Counted from the first letter of the whole stretch, positions 30,213-41,911 are shown. The stretch is 62,355 nt of DNA, filler included, from a bacterium (GCA_037439705.1; 14 parts of 14 records of this genome joined end to end with filler, not necessarily neighbours in it); one strand, 5' to 3'. Program-made: numbers and translations. The notes: a model not told the origin generated them from the letters alone.

Positions 30213-31109
30213 CTAACTTACAGTCGGAAAGGCAATCCCTACTGTAGTTCCTATTCCATCCATAGAAACCACCTCAAGAATTCCATCCTCTTCCTTCAAA
30301 TAATCCTCAAGTGGTTTAATTGTTCCTTTCTCCATCTTTCCTGAAAATGTCAAAAGGCATATTCCATATTCTCTGTCATCAATTCTGCCTTCATCCACAC
30401 TGACCCATATATCTCTTCCCATTTTTGCCATTTCATTGAGCAAAAAGATAAGAAATTTTTCAAATTCCTCCCTATCCAAAAGCACACCAACAGAAGAGGG
30501 GGTTGAGCGGTAAGTTATATTCACTGCTCTTTTTAAGAACTCCTCTTTAATTTTATCAATTATGAGTTTAATAAGATATTTAAGGTCAATTTTTCCCTTT
30601 TTTGAAAAAAGGGAAGAGATTTCCCTCTTAAGCCCCAAGAAATTATTCTCCAGCTTTTCAAGTAGTCCTGGAAGAATGGTTTTATTGTCAGGGGAGGTTT
30701 TTAAATTCTCAATGGTCAATTCCGCCTCGTTGAGCAAATCTTTTATAAATGACAATTTTGTAAAGGTGGATTTCATTTCCTCTGTAATGTCAAGGACTGT
30801 AATAATAAGACCTATCACATCCTCTTCTTTTTTAATTGGAGAAAGAAAAAACTCAAGAAATCTCTCATTCTCCTGAACTACGAATGAAGCTGGTTTCAGC
30901 GTTTCCCTTACCCTTCCAGCAACAAAGGAAAAAGTTTTCAGATTTTCATCGGATAAAATTTCTTTTATTGAAATTTTCTCACCGGGTACAAACCCTCTGT
31001 TGAAAATTTCTTCAGCCTTCGGATTTATGTAAACTGTTTCATTCTCTTCGTTTAGAACCAGAATTGCAAATGGGAGGTAATGGAGAAGTGTTTTTTCTTT
31101 TTCCATCAT
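30213..31109 (-). CDS. PAS domain protein with degenerate histidine-kinase-like C-terminus
   Basis: YINPKAEEIF and VLDITE PAS motifs; C-terminal EVVSMDGIGTTV G2-box-like segment; no H-box His seen. Confidence 0.7.
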   Translation of the reverse strand: MMEKEKTLLHYLPFAILVLNEENETVYINPKAEEIFNRGFVPGEKISIKEILSDENLKTFSFVAGRVRETLKPASFVVQENERFLEFFLSPIKKEEDVIGLIITVLDITEEMKSTFTKLSFIKDLLNEAELTIENLKTSPDNKTILPGLLEKLENNFLGLKREISSLFSKKGKIDLKYLIKLIIDKIKEEFLKRAVNITYRSTPSSVGVLLDREEFEKFLIFLLNEMAKMGRDIWVSVDEGRIDDREYGICLLTFSGKMEKGTIKPLEDYLKEEDGILEVVSMDGIGTTVGIAFPTVS

Positions 31110-31645
31110 ACCTTTATTATTCCTTCTTTTTCAAGCCTTGAAAGGCTCATACACAATTCAAATTCGTTCATATCTACAATGTCAAGGAGGTCTTCCACTG
31201 TAAGTTTTCCATCAATCTGAGACGCTATGAAGGCATCTTTTGGGGTTAGCGCCTTTTTGAGGAGTTCTCTTTCTGTTAAAAGTCTTTGAGGAATAACTCT
31301 GCCTCTCAGGTATTTCTCCCTGAAGGTATTGTTAAGATGATAACGAAGGAGTTCAAACAGACATATTTTATAAAGAGAATCCTTTTCTTCTCTTATAAGC
31401 CTTTCGTATGCTTCCATCACACTTCTACTTTTTAATAAATCCTCAATAATTTCATCCTTCTTTTCTTCCTTCTCAAAAAGTTTATCTACATCAACTCCTG
31501 CTGAATGGAGATAGTCCATAGCAACCAGATTTCCAGGATCCAATTCAAGAACCTCCTTCCACCTTTCAACAGCTTCTTTTACCTTTCCATATCCGTATAA
31601 ATCAAGACCTTCCTTAAGCAAGGTTTTTATCCTTTCTGTTACCAT
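31106..31645 (-). CDS. TPR + winged-helix-like hypothetical protein
   Basis: [20 protein letters not shown]-terminal [25 protein letters not shown]. Confidence 0.7.
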   Translation of the reverse strand: MVTERIKTLLKEGLDLYGYGKVKEAVERWKEVLELDPGNLVAMDYLHSAGVDVDKLFEKEEKKDEIIEDLLKSRSVMEAYERLIREEKDSLYKICLFELLRYHLNNTFREKYLRGRVIPQRLLTERELLKKALTPKDAFIASQIDGKLTVEDLLDIVDMNEFELCMSLSRLEKEGIIKV

Positions 31646-31860
31646 CTTTCCTTTAAAGAAACCTCAAACTCCTTTACCTCTTCCTCAGCAAATTTTCTTC
31701 TTTTCTCATCAAGGGTTATATGCTGATTAACACTTATTGAATGGGAAACCCCTGTCAGAACATCCTTAGCAGAAACATTTACAACCCCGCTGTGATCAAC
31801 CTCAAACTCCACCTCTATTTCTGGAACCCCGGCTGGTGCAGGTTTTATTCCTGAGAGGAT
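31639..31860 (-). CDS. C-terminal fragment of Hsp70/DnaK-like protein lacking a normal lid
   Basis: [34 protein letters not shown], stop about 35 codons later; not in ORF track. Confidence 0.85.
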   Translation of the reverse strand: MLSGIKPAPAGVPEIEVEFEVDHSGVVNVSAKDVLTGVSHSISVNQHITLDEKRRKFAEEEVKEFEVSLKERW

Positions 31861-31862
31861 AA

Positions 31863-31962
31863 NNNNNNNNNNNNNNNNNNNNNNNNNNNNNNNNNNNNNN
31901 NNNNNNTTAATTAATTAANNNNNNNNNNNNNNNNNNNNNNNNNNNNNNNNNNNNNNNNNNNN
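31863..31962. other. Artificial contig linker
   Basis: 44 N + TTAATTAATTAA + 44 N. Confidence 0.99.
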
Positions 31963-32162
31963 GTGGTGGGGTAAGAAGCGGAAATCTCGAACTCGCCTTT
32001 AACACTGCACTTGAAAGGATAAGGGAGGCAGAATATTATGGGGCAGAGTGGCTTCTTACAGCCTGTCCATTTTGTGAGCAAAATTTGAGAGAGGCTTCAA
32101 AATCAAAGAATGGACCTCCTGTGAAGGACCTCATAACAATTTTTTCAGAGGCTATAGAGTAA
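31963..32162 (+). CDS. C-terminal fragment of CCG-domain Fe-S oxidoreductase
   Basis: GGVRSGN...GAEWLLTACPFCEQNL. Confidence 0.8.
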
Positions 32163-32229
32163 ACGATTTTTTTATGTAAAATTTTTAAATATATGTTGAT
32201 TTATCGTTAAAATTTAGTAAAGTTTCTTT

Positions 32230-34014
32230 ATGCGTTCAACCCCTGAAAGAGCGCCTGCCTTTTATCTTTTTCTCTCTTCTTGTTTGAGTGTCTTCATAAC
32301 CGCGGAGATATTTTTTATACTGAACGGAGTAAAGTTAAATTATTTCACCCTAATTTCACAGACATTTCTGATTTTTCTTCTATTTTTTGTCCTCAGAAAA
32401 AACCTGGCAGTTCTCATTGCTTCTATCCTTGTGTTTTTCCTTCAATTTTTAAACTTTTACTCCTTCTTAAATAGTGAAAATCCTGATAGGGTAGGGGGTG
32501 TATTTAGAGGAAGACTGATTCCCGTTGCTGAAGGATATTTCGGAGTTAAAGAGGAGAAACTTATATTCAGAGATGAAACTATTGACCCGGATTTATACGA
32601 ATATGTCCTCCTGAAATGTGAGGCTCATGAATTGAACTTGCAGAAATCCTTTGAGAGGCTATTGTTTCTTAAAGGCTTCAGGAAAAAATGTTCAAAAAAA
32701 ATAGAACTCGTTCCTGCGGTAATTGAGGGAACGGGTTTTACAGAGCATATAAGGAAAAAACTTCTGAAGTTAATTCCTGATACAGCAGAAGGAGGAATTA
32801 TAGCTGGAATTCTTACAGGGGATAAAAAAGGAATTCCTCATAATATAAGAAATGCTTTCTCCTATCTTGGAATTTCACACCTTCTTGCAGTGTCAGGACT
32901 TCACTTTGGAGCCATCACCATTTTTTCTTTCTTTATCATTTCCCGTATTTACTTTTTATTTACAAGTATCACAAAAAGGATGAATCCATGGACAATTCCT
33001 TCAATTTTTACATTTCCTGTGATGCTTTTATACTGGGGAATTACAGGAGGTTCTCCATCTGCCACGAGGGCGTTTACAATGACGATTTTGTTCTTTATTT
33101 CTTACATAAACATGGAAAAGTACAGCTTTATAAACATTATTTCCCTTGCAGGATTTATGATGCTTGCCATTAAGCCGGAGCTAACATTTGATATATCCTT
33201 TCAACTTTCCTTTTGTGCTGTTTTTTTTATTGCCATTTATCTTGAAAATCCGTTGAGAATAAGAAATGAAGAAAATTCGTTTTTTAAGAAGTTCGTCCAG
33301 TATGTAATTGACCTGTTTTTTGTAACACTTTTCTGTATTTTTGGAACCTTCCCGCCCATGGTGAATGCCTTCGGGTATTTATCAATAATGAGTTTTTTCT
33401 CAAATCCATTTTTTGTTCCATTTTATTCCTTTCTCGTTCTGCCGGTGAGTTTTCTGATGGCTATTTTTTCCCTTATATTTCCAGAAATTTCCCACACCTT
33501 TTTTGCAATTCCAGGTTTTCTTGTAAGAATTTCTTTTTATGTGATTGAATTTCTGTTAGAAAAAGGACCCTCTTTACTTTTTGTCCCTTCGCTTCCAGGA
33601 TATTATACATGCATTTATTACGCAGGCTTTATTATAATTCATCTGATTGGTGGGAAGCTTTTGAGATATTTATCCTGTGCACTTTCTTTTATTCTAATTC
33701 CAGTTGTTTTTAATTTTCCCCATACATATAAGGGCGATTGGATCCCGTTGAGCGAAAAGAGGAACATTTTCTACGGCAGATTTGAGGGAAAAAACGCTAT
33801 TTTTATAGAATTTTCTCATAACAGGTATATTTCAGCAAAAGATGTGGTTTTTGAAATTGTGAAAAGGAAACTGCCACCTACATCAATTTTGCTCCTTAAA
33901 GGAGACGAAAGAAGAAAATTCCAGTTTGTCAATGGAATTTTGAGATATTATAAAATAGAAAAAATTAAATCCTTTGATTTTGAATCTATTCCTTTTGAAA
34001 AGCGGGTTTACTGA
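32230..34014 (+). CDS. comEC: ComEC/Rec2 competence protein
   Basis: GISHLLAVSGLH, SPSATRA, SFQLSF; no clear metallo-beta-lactamase domain. Confidence 0.92.
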   Translation: MRSTPERAPAFYLFLSSCLSVFITAEIFFILNGVKLNYFTLISQTFLIFLLFFVLRKNLAVLIASILVFFLQFLNFYSFLNSENPDRVGGVFRGRLIPVAEGYFGVKEEKLIFRDETIDPDLYEYVLLKCEAHELNLQKSFERLLFLKGFRKKCSKKIELVPAVIEGTGFTEHIRKKLLKLIPDTAEGGIIAGILTGDKKGIPHNIRNAFSYLGISHLLAVSGLHFGAITIFSFFIISRIYFLFTSITKRMNPWTIPSIFTFPVMLLYWGITGGSPSATRAFTMTILFFISYINMEKYSFINIISLAGFMMLAIKPELTFDISFQLSFCAVFFIAIYLENPLRIRNEENSFFKKFVQYVIDLFFVTLFCIFGTFPPMVNAFGYLSIMSFFSNPFFVPFYSFLVLPVSFLMAIFSLIFPEISHTFFAIPGFLVRISFYVIEFLLEKGPSLLFVPSLPGYYTCIYYAGFIIIHLIGGKLLRYLSCALSFILIPVVFNFPHTYKGDWIPLSEKRNIFYGRFEGKNAIFIEFSHNRYISAKDVVFEIVKRKLPPTSILLLKGDERRKFQFVNGILRYYKIEKIKSFDFESIPFEKRVY

Positions 34015-35087
34015 ACAAACCTTTCGGTTATTCTGTCCCATATAACACTGCATGCCATCCCGACGCCTATGAAAGAAACAAGAAGGGAAGAACCACCATA
34101 ACTAAAAAATGGCAATGGCACGCCTACCACTGGAAACATTCCTGAAACCATGAATATATTTATAGTTATCTCAACAATTAACATAAGAACGATTCCAAGC
34201 ACCAGAAAAGAGCCAAACCTTCTTTTAGGATAAAATGCTATTCTTAATAGCATAAATATAAGAAATATATACAGGGCAAGCAAAAACACAGCCCCTATTA
34301 ATCCATGTTCCTCACACCAAACAGAAAAGGCAAAATCTGTATGGCGCGATGGGAGAAATTTCAGGGCAGATTGCGTTCCTCCACCAAATCCCTTTCCAAT
34401 CAGTCCTCCTGAACCTATTGCAATGATTGACTGGAGAATATGATATCCTTTTCCAAGAGGGTCAGAGTACGGGTTTAAAAAGGCTATAACTCTTGCCCTC
34501 TGGTAGTCATGCATGAATTTCCAGAGGACAGGTAGGCTTATAATAAAAAATAAAGAAATATATAAAAAGGTCTTCCACCTCATTCCAGAAATTAACAGGA
34601 GCAAAAATCCTAAAATTAGCAATACCCCGGCTGTTCCCATGTCGGGTTGCATGACAATTAACCCTGCTGGGATGAAAATGAGAATAAAAGGTTTTATGAG
34701 GTATTTTGTGCTCCATCCTTCGGGCTTCCAGTTTTCATCTATGAAAGCGGAGAGGATTATTATAACAGAAAGTTTTACCAATTCTGAAGGCTGAAAGCTC
34801 CAGATTCCGAGTTTCAGCCATCTTTTCGCTCCACCCCCTTCAATCCCAATTACATCCACCATAAGGAGGAGGCAAAGAGTAAAAAGATAAAGAATCCATC
34901 TCATCCTGTAAAGCCTTAAATAATCTAAATGGAAAAAAATAAACGCTCCTATAATAGATATCAAAAGCCATATCGTCTGCCTGAGCCAGTAAGAGGAATA
35001 AGAAGAGGTGATGCTATGTATATTCGCTATTCCTAAGAGAGAAATAATAATAGTGATAGAAAGAACTATGTAAAAATTTTTTTTCAT
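34008..35087 (-). CDS. rodA: Rod shape-determining protein RodA
   Basis: GAKRW, QPSE, QPDMGT, HTDF, PLPFFSYGGSS; downstream of PBP2. Confidence 0.95.
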   Translation of the reverse strand: MKKNFYIVLSITIIISLLGIANIHSITSSYSSYWLRQTIWLLISIIGAFIFFHLDYLRLYRMRWILYLFTLCLLLMVDVIGIEGGGAKRWLKLGIWSFQPSELVKLSVIIILSAFIDENWKPEGWSTKYLIKPFILIFIPAGLIVMQPDMGTAGVLLILGFLLLLISGMRWKTFLYISLFFIISLPVLWKFMHDYQRARVIAFLNPYSDPLGKGYHILQSIIAIGSGGLIGKGFGGGTQSALKFLPSRHTDFAFSVWCEEHGLIGAVFLLALYIFLIFMLLRIAFYPKRRFGSFLVLGIVLMLIVEITINIFMVSGMFPVVGVPLPFFSYGGSSLLVSFIGVGMACSVIWDRITERFVQ

Positions 35088-36297
35088 TTTTTCAGTTCAT
35101 AATACTTTTCAATCACCTTTTTCACAAGAGGGGCAGCTCCTGTGGAGCCGTGTCCTCCATGTTCAATTATTGCCAGAACAATTATCTCGGGATCTGCGTA
35201 AGGCGAGAATCCTACAAAAAGCGCATGGTCCCTGTACTTCTCAGGCAATTCTTCCTCCCTGTATAATTTATACTTTTCCAGCTTTACAACCTGTGCGGTT
35301 CCGGTTTTTCCTCCAATTTCCAGGTTTGGACTCTTTAGCCATCTTGCTGTGCCAATTTTTCCATTTACAACTTCAAAAAGCGCTTTTTTTATTGTTTTAA
35401 GAGTTCCTTCTTTTACAGGAAGTTTTTCCATTAAAGGAGCGTCTATTTCTGTTCCATCCATATCGGAAATTTTCATTATAAACTTTGGTTTCACGAGATA
35501 ACCTCCATTTACTATTGCAGCATAGGCTCTTAAAAGCTGAATGGGTGTAACAAGAATTAACCCCTGTCCTATTCCAGCATTCGCTATCTCTCCCGGAGTG
35601 AAGTCTTTTTCTGATACAGGAATTAAGCCCTTTTTGTCTTTTATTATTATTCCTGTTTCCTTTCCAAATCCGAAGAGCGAAAGATATTTGGCTATTATTT
35701 CTTTTCCGAGGAGGAGTGCAAGTTTGTAAAAATATACATCGCATGAACCGGCTATAGCATCAATCAATGAAAGAGTTCCATGCCCTTCTTTTTTCCAGCA
35801 TCTGAATTTTCTGTTACCAATCCAGATAAATCCTGGGCAGTTCACCTTTGAATTTGGAGTTATCAATCCCTCTTCCAGCCCAGCAATTGCAATAAATGGC
35901 TTTATTGTGGAACCAGGGGGGTAAAGGGCAAAAGTTCCCCTGTTGAAAAGTGGTGCTCTATCATCGGTTATGTATTCCTGCCATTTTGCAGGTTCAATTC
36001 CTCTGGCAAAATTCGAAACCCTGAATGAAGAATTCACAGCATAAACAATCACTTCTCCATTTTTTGGATTCATCGCTATAATTGTGCCATTCTTTCCTTC
36101 AAGAAGGGAGTAAGAAAATTCCTGAAGCCTCGCATCAATGGTGAGATAAACTGACTTTCCTCTTAAAGGCTTTTTTATGTTGAGGACATCAACTTTTCTA
36201 CCAAGAGCATCAACTTCTATTTGTTCCCATCCTTTTTCACCCTTGAGAAAACTTTCTGCTACAGCTTCTATCCCAGTTTTTCCAATAATGTCTCCCT
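35084..36297 (-). CDS. mrdA: Penicillin-binding protein 2, 5' truncated
   Basis: YPPGSTIK, SCDVYFY, KTGTAQV; frame extends towards contig end. Confidence 0.94.
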
Positions 36298-36397
36298 NNN
36301 NNNNNNNNNNNNNNNNNNNNNNNNNNNNNNNNNNNNNNNNNTTAATTAATTAANNNNNNNNNNNNNNNNNNNNNNNNNNNNNNNNNNNNNNNNNNNN
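36298..36397. other. Artificial contig linker
   Basis: 44 N + TTAATTAATTAA + 44 N. Confidence 0.99.
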
Positions 36398-36562
36398 CGA
36401 ATCCGCAAGCCTCTTTGCAGGATCAACTGTCATGACAAGAGTTTTTCGCCCTTCCTCGGCAGATTTTATGGCTATTGCTGAAGATATGGTCGTTTTTCCA
36501 ACCCCTCCACTTCCTACAATCACTATTGCCTTCTTTGTAAGAATGTCATTGAAAAGGCTCAT
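36398..36562 (-). CDS. ArsA/Get3 family ATPase, N-terminal fragment
   Basis: GSGGVGKTT, TVDPAKRLADS. Confidence 0.88.
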
Positions 36563-37110
36563 TTCCTTATGACCGGAGGTTGAACTGCGGTCGCTCCCTG
36601 ATATTTTCCCTTTCTATCCGCATAGGAAATAAGGGGTTCTTCGCTCTCAAAAAATAAAACCTGTCCTATCCCCTCACCTGCGTAAAGAACTACTTTTCTC
36701 TGTGAGATATTTGAAATGGCAATCGTAATATATCCTTCCCAGCCAGGTTCCAATGGAGTTATATTGATAATTATTCCGCTTCTTGCATAAGTGGACTTCC
36801 CCACACATATACCGAGAACATTTCTTGGGATTCTGAAATATTCAACACTTCTCCCGAGCACATAGGAACATGATGAAAGAACAAGTTTTTCTGCTTTTTT
36901 CTTTCTGAAACCCTGAATGCCTGATTTTGGGTCAAAAGTTTTCCCTTTCGTAGGAACAAGAAATTCGTCGGACAATCTGAAATCATAGCCGAATGAAGAA
37001 AGTCCGTAAGAAATCACCCCCTCTGACACCATTTCTTCTGAAAACGGTTCAATCATTGAGAAAGTCTTAACCATTTCTTTTATCCATTTATCGTTCTTTA
37101 ACCCATTCAT
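36559..37110 (-). CDS. dcd: dCTP deaminase
   Basis: ISYGLSSFGYD, GKSTYARSG, TPLEPGWEG, GKYQ. Confidence 0.95.
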   Translation of the reverse strand: MNGLKNDKWIKEMVKTFSMIEPFSEEMVSEGVISYGLSSFGYDFRLSDEFLVPTKGKTFDPKSGIQGFRKKKAEKLVLSSCSYVLGRSVEYFRIPRNVLGICVGKSTYARSGIIINITPLEPGWEGYITIAISNISQRKVVLYAGEGIGQVLFFESEEPLISYADRKGKYQGATAVQPPVIRK

Positions 37111-38822
37111 TTTTCCATTTCTTTTTTTATTTCGCTAACTTTTTCAGCACATTCCCCTATATTTACTTCAGCATTAATCCTTCCATCCCTTGTTTTTATC
37201 TCTACCTTCCCTTCCTTAACTTTCTTTCCAACAATCACCTTCATGGCAATTCCTATGAGATCTGCATCATTGAGTTTTACACCTATTCTCTCATCCCTGT
37301 CATCTATGATGGCATCAACCCTGAAATCCAGAAGTTCCCTGTAGATTCTCTCTGCGGTTGAAACCTGTTCACTTTCTCCTGCGTTTACAGGAAGAACCAC
37401 TGTCTCAAATGGAGCAAGGGATACAGGAAATATAATGCCTTTCTCATCGTGCCCCTGTTCAATCGCTGCACACGCAGTTCTTCCTATTCCAATTCCATAG
37501 CAACCCATCACCATGAATTTCTCAACACCATCTCTATCAAGAAATTTTGCATTCATCGGTTCACTGTATTTTGTCCCAAGTTTAAATGTGTGTCCCACTT
37601 CTATTCCCCTTGTTCCCCTAAGTTTACCCTTTTTACATTTTGGGCATATATCCCCTTCCACAGCAAATCTAAAATCTCCCACCAATTTTAAAGGAAAATC
37701 TCTGCCCGGGAGGACATGGACGAAGTGGTAGTCATTTTTATTTGCCCCACACGCCCCATCTTTCACAGAAAGAACAGACCAGTCAACAAGAATTCTCAAA
37801 CTGGAACCAACAGGACCTATGAACCCTTTTTCTGCTCCTGTAAGTTCCACAATCTCCTTCTCATCCGCAAGCCTTACATCATTTACATTTACCCACCTCT
37901 TTATCTTTGCCTCATTTGCCTCCATATCTCCCCTCACTAACACGAGAGCAGGTTTTCCGTCCAGATAATAAACGAGACTCTTTATTATCCTTTCCTTCGG
38001 AATGTTCAGAAACCTTGAAACCTCTTCCACTGTTTTCGTGTCAGGGGTAGGAACCATCTCGGGACTCCTGGATGTTTCTTCACGGACCGGAGGCAATCCA
38101 CCCTCCACGGTTTCAGCCCTTTCCCTGTTTGCAGAATATGAACATTTCTCACAAAAAAGGATTACCTCCTCACCTGTATCCGCAAGAACCATAAACTCAT
38201 GAGAAAACTTTCCTCCGATGGTCCCTGTTTCCGCCTCCACCGCCCTCATTTTTAATCCACACCTTTCAAAAATTCTTGTATAAGTTTCATACATAATTTC
38301 GTAACTTCTTTCTGCGCCCTTTTCATCCGCATCAAAGGAATACGCATCTTTCATTATGAATTCCCTTGCTCTCATAAGCCCGAACCTGGGTCTTATTTCA
38401 TCCCTAAATTTTGTATGAATCTGGTAAAAATTCTTTGGGAGGTCCCTGTAAGACCTTATTTCCCTGCGCGCAAAATCCGTTATTACCTCTTCATGGGTTG
38501 GACCAAGACATAACCACTTCTCACCCCTGTCCTTGAATCTCAGAAGTTCCTTTCCATAAAGATTCCAGCGTCCGCTTTCTTCCCATAGCTCTTTCGGAAT
38601 CACAACCGGCATGAGAACCTCTATGGCACCCGCCCTGTTCATCTCCTCACGAACTATCCTCTCCACCTTTCTTATTACCCTGAGTCCGAGCGGAGAATAG
38701 GTGTAAATGCCCGACGAAACTTTCAAAACCATTCCTGCTTTCAGCATAAGCTTGTGGCTTATTACTTCTGCCTCAGCAGGTTCTTCCCTTTTCGTCCTTA
38801 TAAAAAACTCACTCCATCTCAT
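37107..38822 (-). CDS. proS: Proline-tRNA ligase
   Basis: LGPTHEE, FRDEIRPRFGLMRAREF, MGCYGIG. Confidence 0.98.
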   Translation of the reverse strand: MRWSEFFIRTKREEPAEAEVISHKLMLKAGMVLKVSSGIYTYSPLGLRVIRKVERIVREEMNRAGAIEVLMPVVIPKELWEESGRWNLYGKELLRFKDRGEKWLCLGPTHEEVITDFARREIRSYRDLPKNFYQIHTKFRDEIRPRFGLMRAREFIMKDAYSFDADEKGAERSYEIMYETYTRIFERCGLKMRAVEAETGTIGGKFSHEFMVLADTGEEVILFCEKCSYSANRERAETVEGGLPPVREETSRSPEMVPTPDTKTVEEVSRFLNIPKERIIKSLVYYLDGKPALVLVRGDMEANEAKIKRWVNVNDVRLADEKEIVELTGAEKGFIGPVGSSLRILVDWSVLSVKDGACGANKNDYHFVHVLPGRDFPLKLVGDFRFAVEGDICPKCKKGKLRGTRGIEVGHTFKLGTKYSEPMNAKFLDRDGVEKFMVMGCYGIGIGRTACAAIEQGHDEKGIIFPVSLAPFETVVLPVNAGESEQVSTAERIYRELLDFRVDAIIDDRDERIGVKLNDADLIGIAMKVIVGKKVKEGKVEIKTRDGRINAEVNIGECAEKVSEIKKEMEK

Positions 38823-38900
38823 ATTCTCTCTCCTTTTCTGTGATTTTATCAGAATGATTAAAAAATGGAAGAATGGAATTATTTTTATAAAATTAAAAGG

Positions 38901-39797
38901 ATGAAGCCTCTTATAAAGAATTTTGCGAGTTTCGTCATTAAAATTTTGGTTAGTTCTCTTCTATTTTACCTCCTTTTCAAAAATTTTGAGAAAGAAGAGC
39001 TTTTTTTAATCCTTCAATCTATAAAGCCTTCCGTTCTCTTTCCTTCATTAATACTCATGTTTCTCGGTTTCATCCCTGCAACAATGAGATGGCAGGTAAT
39101 TCTTGGTAATGGTTTTTCGTTCAAAAACCTGTTTTTCCTCAACATTGGCTCTTTTTTCTTTGGAACAGTTCTTCCTGGATTTGTTTTCGGCGATGTATAC
39201 AGAATCTTTGCTGGTGAGAACACGAGGCTTTTCTTTGATTCTGTTCTTCTTGATAGAGGAATCTCATTCTTTTTTATTTCTTTTATAGGTCTTATTCTTT
39301 CAATCTCAACAACTCAACTTCCAATTTATTTGAAAGTTATTCTTCTCCTTTTAACCATATTTTTTTCTGTATTTTTAATACCTCTCCTTAATTTTCATTC
39401 AATTGAAAAATTGAAAGTTCGCCTATTTCCAACAATAAAAATTGGGATGAAAGAATTTTCTCTTATATTCTTTTATTCCATTTTATTCCATTTCCTGGGA
39501 CTTATGATATGGTTGCTTATAGGACGCTCTGTAGATTTGAAAATTCCCCTCTCCATTCTGATAACCTATTATTCCATTCTTCAGCCAGTCTCTTTTATTC
39601 CGTTTACATTTCAGGGAACTGGATTAAGGGAAATGGTTCTCGTTTATTTTTCAAAAATTACCTCTCATTCGCCACAGAAGCTCCTTATGATGGGACTTCT
39701 CATAACATCGCTTATTTTTATAACTTCTTTTCTTTGCGGTATCATTACAGGATATAGATGGCTGAAAAGTTATTTTATATATCCACAACCCAAATAG
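38901..39797 (+). CDS. Lysylphosphatidylglycerol synthase TM/flippase-like membrane protein
   Basis: RWQVIL, LPG..GDVYR, LDR, PFTFQGTGLRE. Confidence 0.8.
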   Translation: MKPLIKNFASFVIKILVSSLLFYLLFKNFEKEELFLILQSIKPSVLFPSLILMFLGFIPATMRWQVILGNGFSFKNLFFLNIGSFFFGTVLPGFVFGDVYRIFAGENTRLFFDSVLLDRGISFFFISFIGLILSISTTQLPIYLKVILLLLTIFFSVFLIPLLNFHSIEKLKVRLFPTIKIGMKEFSLIFFYSILFHFLGLMIWLLIGRSVDLKIPLSILITYYSILQPVSFIPFTFQGTGLREMVLVYFSKITSHSPQKLLMMGLLITSLIFITSFLCGIITGYRWLKSYFIYPQPK

Positions 39798-40710
39798 ACA
39801 TTTATTCCATTTATAAGGGCATCTTCAATAGGAATAAACTGGGTTGTAAGAAGGTCTCCAATTTTCATTGCTTCGTCCTCAAATGCGGGAAAATACCTTA
39901 CCTGGGATATGTCCATCTTGCCAAGAGGTGAAGAGCCTGTGAAAATAACATTGTAGTTTTCATTTTTAAGCAATTCAGCCTTTCTGTTCACCACATCCAT
40001 GTTATCGCAGGCAGCATATAGTATGATGTTAGGTTTCTTGACAACCTTTTCTTTTTCTGGTTTTTTAAGGATTAAAAGGGTCTTTATTTTCGTCTTATCC
40101 TTTATTGTTACCTTAAAGGATTTCTTTTCGTAATCTGGTGCACTAACAGAAACCCTGTATTCTCCAACAGGAGCCTTTACCTTGAATTCTCCAGTTTGTG
40201 GGTCCGAACTGACCACAGGAACTCTCACATCATCAAAGGAAATAGAGGCAACTACAGGATTACCATTTTCGTCAAGGACTTTCCCTGTTAATAATCCCTG
40301 TGGAACCCTTGGAGTAAGGGTAATTTTTACCTTTTTCTTAACCCTTTCCTTCACCTCTATCTTTAAAATTTTTGTTGTCTTTTCAGGAGCAGAGACTTTT
40401 ATTCTATAGTAGCCTGGTGGCAATTTTACCAAAAATTTCCCTGTGTTGGGGTCTGTTTTAAGAGGTGGATGAAGCTCTTTATAAAAAGATATGTCAGCGA
40501 GGAGAGAATTTCCCTTTTCGTCAAGAACAATCCCTTCTATCGCTCCAAGATATCCCTTCTTCTTCGCTGGTCTGAGTTTCATAGAAAATTTTATAATTTT
40601 TCCCTTCTTAACAGGAATTTTTATCTTTTTTCCCACATATCCCTTGCTTCTTACAGTCAAAACCTGCGAACCCTCAGGGAGAACCCCAAAAAATGCTCCT
40701 GTTGTTGGGT
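39770..40710 (-). CDS. Carboxypeptidase-regulatory-like repeat protein, 5' truncated
   Basis: Repeated G.V.DE.G....TD..TG.F......G.Y...VSAP beta-sandwich units; LytR_C-like tail. Confidence 0.75.
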
Positions 40711-40810
40711 NNNNNNNNNNNNNNNNNNNNNNNNNNNNNNNNNNNNNNNNNNNNTTAATTAATTAANNNNNNNNNNNNNNNNNNNNNNNNNNNNNNNNNN
40801 NNNNNNNNNN
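40711..40810. other. Artificial contig linker
   Basis: 44 N + TTAATTAATTAA + 44 N. Confidence 0.99.
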
Positions 40811-40868
40811 TATAAATAATTAATAAAAACTACTTAACTACTTAAAAACATAATATACGAGGAGGGAG

Positions 40869-41911
40869 ATGAAAGTAGTAAATGTGGCAATTTTAGGACA
40901 GGTAAGAAGTGGAAGAGACATACATGGAAGATATTTAATTACCGCAAAGGACAAATATAAAATTGTTGCTGTATGTGATGCCTTACAGGAAAGAAGAGAA
41001 AAAGCATCCAAGGAGTATAACTGTGATGTCTATGATAACTACAAGGAAATGCTTAAGAGAAAAGACATAGACCTGTTTATCAATGCGCTTCCCAGTCATC
41101 TGCATGTTCCTGTGACAAAGGAAATATTGAAGGCAGGGTTTAATGTTCTGTGTGAGAAGCCGCTGGCAAGAAAGGTGAAAGAGGTGGATATGCTGATAGA
41201 AACAGCAGAAAAGAGTGGTAAAGTTCTGGCTATATTCCAGCAATCAAGGATGCACCATATTTTCAGCAGATTAAAAAGGTTATAAATTCAGGGGTTTTGG
41301 GAAGGATTGTTAAGATAAATATTGCCTTCAATGGATTTTCAAGAAGATGGGACTGGCAGACACTTCAGAAATATTACGGTGGGAGTTTACTTAATACAGG
41401 ACCCCATCCTCTTGACCAGGCACTTAACCTCCTTGATACAGATAGGATGCCGGAGGTGACCTGTGTAATGGATAGGGTTCTTACATATGGAGATGCTGAG
41501 GACTATGTGAATATACTTCTTCGGGTTCCTGGTAAACCCCTGATAGAAGTTGAAATATCTTCCTGCTGTGCTTATTCACTCTTTACATATCATGGTGGAT
41601 TAAAAGGAACTGCGACACATATTGACTGGAAGTACTACAAGGAATCAGAAACACCAGAAGTAAAACTACAGGAAACACCTATTTCAAATCCTGATGGGAC
41701 ACCTGCTTACTGTATTGATAACCTTAAATTTTACGAGGAACACTGGGATGTGCCTGAGGAACAGAAAAATATGTTTATGGTGATGAGTGGGTCATTTTAT
41801 AATATGCTTTATAAGACACTTGTTTACGGAAAACCTCTGGAAATAACCCCACAGCAGGTCCGTCAACAGATAGCAGTAATTGAAGAGTGCTACAAACAGA
41901 ACAATCTGTAA
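40869..41911 (+). pseudogene. Gfo/Idh/MocA oxidoreductase, frameshifted near 41250
   Basis: LCEKPLA, GGSLLNTGPHPLD; QQSR joins APYFQQIKKVINSGVLGRI after a 1-nt shift; Rossmann motif reads GQVRSG. Confidence 0.88.
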
